46,317 bases of DNA from Octopus bimaculoides (taxonomy: Eukaryota). The position numbers were made by a program, and so were the translations under genes. Positions 39,383 to 46,317 of this stretch are shown here, one piece after another; position 1 is the stretch's first letter, and every line of letters starts with the position of its first letter. The stretch lies in assembly GCF_001194135.2 (NCBI RefSeq), contig NC_068987.1:71086269-71132585 (forward strand). The letters are read 5' to 3'. The notes under the pieces were generated by a model. It was given only the letters and a program-made list of their open reading frames with translations, was not told the origin of the DNA and searched no databases.

Positions 39383-40529
39383 AGACAAAGGAAATGCCAT
39401 TGTCCCCAACAACCAGAATACGGTTTCAAAACCCAGCTCGGGAGATAGGGATATAACACTAATTGTATTTTCGGTGGTCGCATCAATACCAATAATGAAT
39501 TTATTTAAAGCTTCGTTTACCGTAATTAACATGACAACCACAAATTAAATAGAAGACGGTAATGTTTCTGTTGCCGACACATTGTGTTGGGCCCACCTAG
39601 ACCATCAGTTCAGTGTGCATCAGACGATTACAACCGACTCATCGCTCCAAATTAGAAGTATCATTTGATAGGTAGTGCAACTGAATACCAATATTCTTTC
39701 TAACATCGTCACTAAATAGATACCAGATGGCTCTCGAAGCCCGCTTGGCAGAGAGAACAAAATGAGGAGTCTACAAACATGAAATCATCCATACTTCTGA
39801 AGGCATTGCAGTTCGTTACAGTTCAAATCTTTTTCAAACAATACTTCATGTCATACAAATATTTTAGAAATCACTGATCACTGTTACTTCAAGAAGATTG
39901 CCGAGTAAGAAAATTCATAATGAAAGGATAAAGGAGAAATTTAACATGTTTCTGAAAATAAAACGGTATGCGTATCGAAAAAATTATTTAGTGTATGTTA
40001 TAGTAAAAAGTTTATAAAAACTTTGTGACTCAGTTACTAATTAATATTAGATTTGATCTATTTCCTCTGTGTTGATAAAGTAAAACAAAATTGATAAAGT
40101 GAAACAAAACTTAATGAGCAATTCATTTATACAAAAATGTATGTAGAGATAAAAATACAATAGCGATAAATCATGAAATAAAACTTAGGGATAGACGTAA
40201 GTGGTATATAGTGTTAAACAATGTCAGATAGAGATATTAGAAAAGATCACTTACAAAAGAGAATCTAAAGTACAGCAATTGACGTATTAATCTATTTCAT
40301 CAGGTAGTGATATAATTTTCAAGGCTTTAGTAGGTACTTGTCAAAGTGAATAAACGCATGCCAAGAACCTTCCCACATAACGTAGTTGTCCCTAATAATA
40401 GTTTTCGCTGAGGCCGCACTAAAATAGGTTTTTCGGTCTGATGCCTATTTTCTCTATCCATCTGTTCAAATTTTTAGGAGTAGTCCCTTATGCTCCTATT
40501 ACTACAGGGAGATTATTATTATTATTATT

Positions 40530-41084
40530 GAGAGAGGGGTGCATGCCATCAAAGTGACACTGGGGTAAAATATACGAAGCCCATTATACCCATCATGACT
40601 ACCCGTCTGATAAGGGTACACCAGGCATATGCATCACAACCACGTGTGCGCGACATGGTGATCTCATACCAAGATAAACAGCGCATAACCTCGCACGTGG
40701 GGCCCACTTAGCATTTTCGTCAGGTCGAGTAGCCCATCCCGCTCAAAGGGTCCCTGAATAAGGTTTGTTTAAGGATGTTGAGCAAAACACACATGTTTCC
40801 AAAAGTGAATTATTCAAACCCCAAAGAATTCCTCTCAGCACATGGCTATGATGCTCCCCCACTACTTCTGCTCGTGATCAGAGATGCACATATCGTCAGC
40901 CACCAAGGAACATGCTCAACTGGATAAAGTCAAACAGCTCACAAGCAAATCTGTGGTATTAAGCAGAATATTTGCTGTAGCCCATCTTTTTATACCAAGA
41001 CAAAACAATGTACATGATACCACTTCCAATCAATGAAGATCAGAAGCCATGAGAGTCACTGCCTGATACTGCATCCGGGCATTT
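40530..41084 (-). mobile_element. About 555-bp non-coding interspersed element embedded in an (ATT)n tract
   Basis: GC-richer unique segment between (ATT)6 (40512-40529) and (ATT)~27 (41085-41165). The minus 3' end GGCATGCACCCCTCTCTC-(AAT)n looks like a retroposon tail. No ORF recognised. Confidence 0.6.
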
Positions 41085-41094
41085 ATTATTATCA

Positions 41095-41167
<73 letters not shown>

Positions 41168-41206
41168 TACTACTACTACTTCTATTGTTATTTCTTTTTA
41201 TCACAG

Positions 41207-41295
41207 GTTTTGTATTGTGGCCGTGCCAAAAGTGCAAACTTCTTGAATCAGTTCTATTATTATTCAGCTTAAAATAATTCGAGATGACACCGCAG
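41207..41295 (+). other. Candidate 89-bp exon with stops in all frames
   Basis: Acceptor atttctttttatcaCAG, donor CAG|GTATGA. Confidence 0.35.
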
Positions 41296-41660
41296 GTATG
41301 ACATGACAAAGAAGGAGATTCCAGAAGATAGTTTACCTGTGCTGGGAGAGTGGATATAGTGACTACAGAGGGTAGAGGAGTGAACAAAGCGTAGGTGATG
41401 CCTGGAGGAAACTAATGAGTCAGAAGTGCCGGAGTTTTGAACTGGCATCTGATGAAGCAGCGCAGATAAGCGTAATCCATTATATTTGAAGTAAGAAAAG
41501 AATATGGCGGAAAGTGTACAGCACTGAGGAAGAGGCAGGAGAATTTCTGAAAATGATATTCTGCCAATTAGTTTTCTCAGGCTGCGTGTGCAGAATATAA
41601 TCGGCCGGATGAAGGAGCACTATTCTATTGAGCCGCAGCAGCAGCAATTATAAGGACGAG

Positions 41661-41838
41661 GGTTAAAGATTTTGATACAGGACCACCAAATTTTGAGTGT
41701 AATGGGATATCGATTACATCGACTCCAGTGCTTGGCTGGCTCTTCTTTTACCGGCTCTGAAATGATGAAAGCAAAGACGACCTGTGCGCAATTTGAGCTC
41801 ATAAAGTAAAGACGGGCGAAATGCTGCTAAACGGCATA
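41661..41838 (-). mobile_element. Degenerate SINE family A copy
   Basis: tcgattacatcgactccagtgcttggctgg...gatgaaagcaaagacgacc...aatttgagctca...gcgaaatgctgctaa. Confidence 0.7.
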
Positions 41839-41854
41839 TACTTCTTACAATATG

Positions 41855-42020
41855 CAGTCATTCTTCGATTATTATCGCAGGTGTTACGTTTCAAAACCCC
41901 ACGCATATATTTATCTTATTATAAATGCAAAACAACACCACATAGCAATCGGTGCAAGCTTTAATAAACCCCGATAAGTGAACCGCGATAGGTGAAGCGC
42001 GATATGACGAGGTTTTATCG
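41855..42020. mobile_element. pogo/Tigger-like MITE (degenerate)
   Basis: Left CAGTCATTCTTCGATTATTATCGC; right GCGCGATATGACGAGGTTTTATCG|TA; internal GAACCGCGATAGGTGAAGCGCGAT. Confidence 0.45.
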
Positions 42021-43137
42021 TATATTTCTGACTACAAACTTCAAATTACTCGTTATATTTCTGCTTCCTTATATAATTTCTCAGGATCAACATTTGTCTA
42101 CAATATTATCTTTTCCAAGATCACTAGCCATTTAACATTCCGGGCAATATTCTGTGATTATTGCATGAAGACACTTATATATTAAGGTTTATGTATCGAT
42201 GATATGCTTGATTATATACTTTTGAGTAATATTTCGTGAAAATGTTTGCATAACATGCACATAATATCAAAACAATATTCAACATTTGAAACAGCTGTAA
42301 AGATTTATTTATAGATTGTAGAAATATGTAGCATCTTATATAGATGAATTCTTTAGGCCTGGAAATGTTTGTCTGTTATTTTTCCCCCCTCTTTCTTACT
42401 TTCCTATTCTCTGTATTTATACATACATATATANNNNNNNNNNNNNNNNNNNNNNNNNNNNNNNNNNNNNNNNNNNNNNNNNNNNNNNNNNNNNNNNNNN
42501 NNNNNNNNNNNNNNNNNNNNNNNNNNNNNNNNNNNNNNNNNNNNNNNNNNNNNNNNNNNNNNNNNNNNNNNNNNNNNNNNNNNNNNNNNNNNNNNNNNNN
42601 NNNNNNNNNNNNNNNNNNNNNNNNNNNNNNNNNNNNNNNNNNNNNNNNNNNNNNNNNNNNNNNNNNNNNNNNNNNNNNNNNNNNNNNNNNNNNNNNNNNN
42701 NNNNNNNNNNNNNNNNNNNNNNNNNNNNNNNNNNNNNNNNNNNNNNNNNNNNNNNNNNNNNNNNNNNNNNNNNNNNNNNNNNNNNNNNNNNNNNNNNNNN
42801 NNNTATACATGTGTGTGTGTGTCTGATTTGGACCAGCATGAGCTGCAGTTAAAATGTATTTTGAGACCTCAGTTAGATTTCAACAGCCTTATGGCATACA
42901 CGGAATTGCAAGGTCAGCCCGGATATATAGGGAGAGTAGTTGGTAGAGGTTCGTTTTTCAAGCGTCCGCAAATGAGATTTCAGTCCAACAATAGAAATAC
43001 ATGATCTGTCACAGACTATGCACATAAAAATGTCGCTGAGATTCACCTTCTCGTTGATCGCAACATTCTTCTTTAAATCTCTCGTGAGTTTGCATGTGTT
43101 ATCCTGGCCTCGTCAAAAGCATTCACTCCACACTATT

Positions 43138-43184
<47 letters not shown>

Positions 43185-44207
43185 TTTGTGCTTGTATATA
43201 TGTATTATCTCAGACGTGTCTCTTTAGAGGTGAAGATTCATTCCTCCTGGAAATCGTATGTAAGTCACCCTCAACTTACTCCTGATTTTCTTTTAAAAGG
43301 CTGCATATTGAATACTTTGGTCCCAGGTATATACAAGAAGAGAATATGGATCGCCATATCTTCAAGAACTGCCGCTCTATCCTGGAAAACTTTCATTAAA
43401 TAACAACAACTGTCAGAGGCTGGAGTAACAAGGCAGTCTCTTCGTGCTTGTTTTTTTCCACAAATCTGAATCCACCATTTTTAACAAGAACATCCTATAT
43501 TTATAATATATTCATGTATATCTGTAACAATATAGCAGGGTTATAGCTAAAATATATTTGATGATAGGTATGTTCGATTAGGATCCACCATGGATTCAAC
43601 AAGATCGATTAGTTTGAGTGATGTACAAAATACACAACAATTATTGAGAGGATTGATATAATTGATATTAAAGTATAATTTGTGATCATCCGAATTTCAG
43701 TTTGATCGATATACTCAAAATACTTTTCAGGGTAAGCAAACGAACATCAAAAGAGCACATATTTTGCTTAAGGAGGCAGTAGTGCAATGAATAACAGTAT
43801 ATTATAGGAAGAACTATTAGATATAATTTCACTAAGCAGATGATGCTTTCATATTTAAGCAGACGAACGTAAAAAAAGCTGGTGTTTAAAGAAATGAAAC
43901 AGAAAGTCTAACCTGTATTTTGGAAGACGCTACTAACTGCGTTTTCGGAAGATTTCAAAACAACTTCTTACAATATGAATATACTTAAAATATACATGCA
44001 TGGGCTCTGTTTAATATTTACACCAAAAATGTATTCGTGGGTTACACACCACACACACTCATACACACACATGTAGTTTCTTAATGTTATTTGCTATTTA
44101 TTGATGATGTAATTTGTTGATTTTTGGAATAGGGTTTTTTGTGGTATATTTGTCTTTCATTGTTGAATTTGTTAATAGTTGTTTTTTCTCTAGTTTATAT
44201 ATGTATT

Positions 44208-44252
<45 letters not shown>

Positions 44253-44390
44253 NNNNNNNNNNATATAAAGATAGATAGATAGATAGATAGATAGTTAGAT
44301 AGATAGATAGATACATACATACATACATACATATAAGGAAAATAAGACAAGGTAGAAAATGCTGAAATAATTTTATTATGGAGGACATTT

Positions 44391-44427
44391 TAGTAACGGT
44401 TTCGGTCTTTGCGACTTTTTCAACTTA
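44391..44427 (-). ncRNA. Hammerhead-like motif, U3:A8 variant (left arm)
   Basis: UAAG-UUGAAAA-A-GUC-GCAAA-GAC-C-GAAA-CCGU-UA-CUA. Confidence 0.4.
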
Positions 44428-44820
44428 AGAGTAAATCATGAAAAACAATTAAATTATGGCAAATTTACCTGAAATTAACTGTTTTTAGTAAATATTTCCA
44501 CAGTTTTCAAATGCAAAGGACATTTTCTGTTTTTGTGTCTGTCTCTTTCTCTCTTTCTCTCTTTCTCGCTTTTTTACTCTTGTGGTTTCTAGGTAGTTTG
44601 CAACAGCTAGTTTGAAATTAATCCTTGTCTTTGATCGTTTACACAAGAATCCATATCAAACTAGTTGCAGTTAACTACCTAGAACCCACAAGAGCAAAAA
44701 GGAGACACAGAGGTAGACAAAAAAGGGAAATGTCCCTTGCATTTGAAAGCTATGCAAATATTTTAAAGGAACCTTTCATGTAATTTTTCCATAATTTAAT
44801 TGCTTTTCATGCTTTACTCT

Positions 44821-44858
44821 AAGTTGAAAAAGTCGCAAAGACTGAAACCAGTACTAAA
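44821..44858 (+). ncRNA. Hammerhead-like motif, U3:A8 variant (right arm)
   Basis: AAG-UUGAAAA(44824-44830)-AGUC-GCAAA-GACU-GAAA(44844-44847)-CCA-GUA|CU. Stem II is 4 bp, the site is GUA, and stem I is very short. Confidence 0.45.
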
Positions 44859-46177
44859 ATTTTGTTCCTGATAAAGTTATTTTAACATTTTCTACCTTTT
44901 CTTATTTATCTTATACATATCAACTCGTGTATTCCTCTTCAACCTTCTACACACACACACACACACACGCACACACACACACACACACACACNNNNNNNN
45001 NNNNNNNNNNNNNNNNNNNNNNNNNNNNNNNNNNNNNNNNNNNNNNNNNNNNNNNNNNNNNNNNNNNNNNNNNNNNNNNNNNNNNNNNNNNNNNNNNNNN
45101 NNNNNNNNNNNNNNNNNNNNNNNNNNNNNNNNNNNNNNNNNNNNNNNNNNNNNNNNNNNNNNNNNNNNNNNNNNNNNNNNNNNNNNNNNNNNNNNNNNNN
45201 NNNNNNNNNNNNNNNNNNNNNNNNNNNNNNNNNNNNNNNNNNNNNNNNNNNNNNNNNNNNNNNNNNNNNNNNNNNNNNNNNNNNNNNNNNNNNNNNNNNN
45301 NNNNNNNNNNNNNNNNNNNNNNNNNNNNNNNNNNNNNNNNNNNNNNNNNNNNNNNNNNNNNNNNNNNNNNNNNNNNNNNNNNNNNNNNNNNNNNNNNNNN
45401 NNNNNNNNNNNNNNNNNNNNNNNNNNNNNNNNNNNNNNNNNNNNNNNNNNNNNNNNNNNNNNNNNNNNNNNNNNNNNNNNNNNNNNNNNNNNNNNNNNNN
45501 NNNNNNNNNNNNNNNNNNNNNNNNNNNNNNNNNNNNNNNNNNNNNNNNNNNNNNNNNNNNNNNNNNNNNNNNNNNNNNNNNNNNNNNNNNNNNNNNNATA
45601 TATATATATATACTCATTTATAAAAATGCATACTCTGAAATAGGGAAGCCTGAGAAAATAAATTCTAAATATAAAATAAAATGTTCCAAATCCAGAAGAA
45701 CTAAAATGTTTTAGAAAATATTTAGCTGTGCTGAGGCTCTGGTAAGAAACCGAGAGAGAAGTATTAGAACGGAAAGAATTATGTTGAGTGAATAGTGGGG
45801 AAAAGAAAGAATATATTACAGAGTTCATGACTGGTATTTATGATTTTTATACATGGATTTGAATTCAATATTTACTAACGTTCACAAAAGCGCGTTTGTG
45901 AGTGTTCATTGTGTGTGCACATGTGTGCACGCGTGTGTCTGTGCGTGTGGGTCTGGGCAGAGAAACGCGTGTGGAAATGATTTTCTATGTATAATATCAA
46001 TGTGCATTCGTCAATTATGAGATTCATGTGCAAGTGTGCGTGTGTGTGCGTGTGCATGTATGTATTTATACATGTCTACAAGCACTATAGAAATTCACAC
46101 ATACGCACACACGCACATATTCATATATTTATATATATGCATAGATACTCGTACACACAAATAACTATGAATACGTG

Positions 46178-46210
<33 letters not shown>

Positions 46211-46317
46211 GTGTGTGGGTGTGTGTACATTCATATGTACATAATTGTGTTCATATTTCTTTAAACCTATATACATGTATACAGGTACATATGTATATAT
46301 ATATATATATGTATATA

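Larger units (their letters stand above)
44332..44914. mobile_element. About 580-bp foldback element: two diverged inverted arms, probably non-autonomous PLE pLTRs
   Basis: 44332-44615 is the reverse complement of 44656-44914 (roughly 80% identity by eye), with an about 40-bp spacer. Both arms carry the same hammerhead-like motif and AT-rich ends. Confidence 0.85.

Noticed and set aside
41446-41560. CTGATGA and CTGAGGA...GAAA hammerhead-core lookalikes
   Set aside because: The first lacks GAAA. The second has no stem I and a wobble-rich stem II.
43280-43381. Minus-strand 102-bp segment with acceptor and GTAAGT donor
   Set aside because: Two frames are open, no homology is recognised, and it conflicts with the divergent-transcription model. 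Unsupported without RNA data.

Overview
AT-rich, repeat-dense eukaryotic DNA with about 16 assembly gaps, nearly all bordered by microsatellites. The repeat families look like those of an octopus/cephalopod genome; this is an inference from recognition, not a database result. No intact known gene is recognisable. The window holds decayed LINEs (Tx1/L1, R4/Dong, RTE-like), three tRNA-derived SINE families, mariner and pogo MITEs, and a solo LTR. The most interesting elements are two Penelope-like (PLE) insertions with divergent inverted terminal repeats, each arm carrying a minimal hammerhead-ribozyme-like motif. One (37.0-38.2 kb) has a GIY-YIG fragment and a 12-bp target-site duplication (TSD). 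The other (44.3-44.9 kb) is a non-coding foldback whose two arms share a U3:A8 covariant catalytic core. Also notable: a palindromic element with telomere-like internal repeats, a perfect 52-bp palindrome, insertions nested in trinucleotide microsatellites, and a possible bidirectional promoter near 13.7 kb with splice-site-bounded candidate exons on both sides. Most ORF-track entries are microsatellite or gap artefacts.
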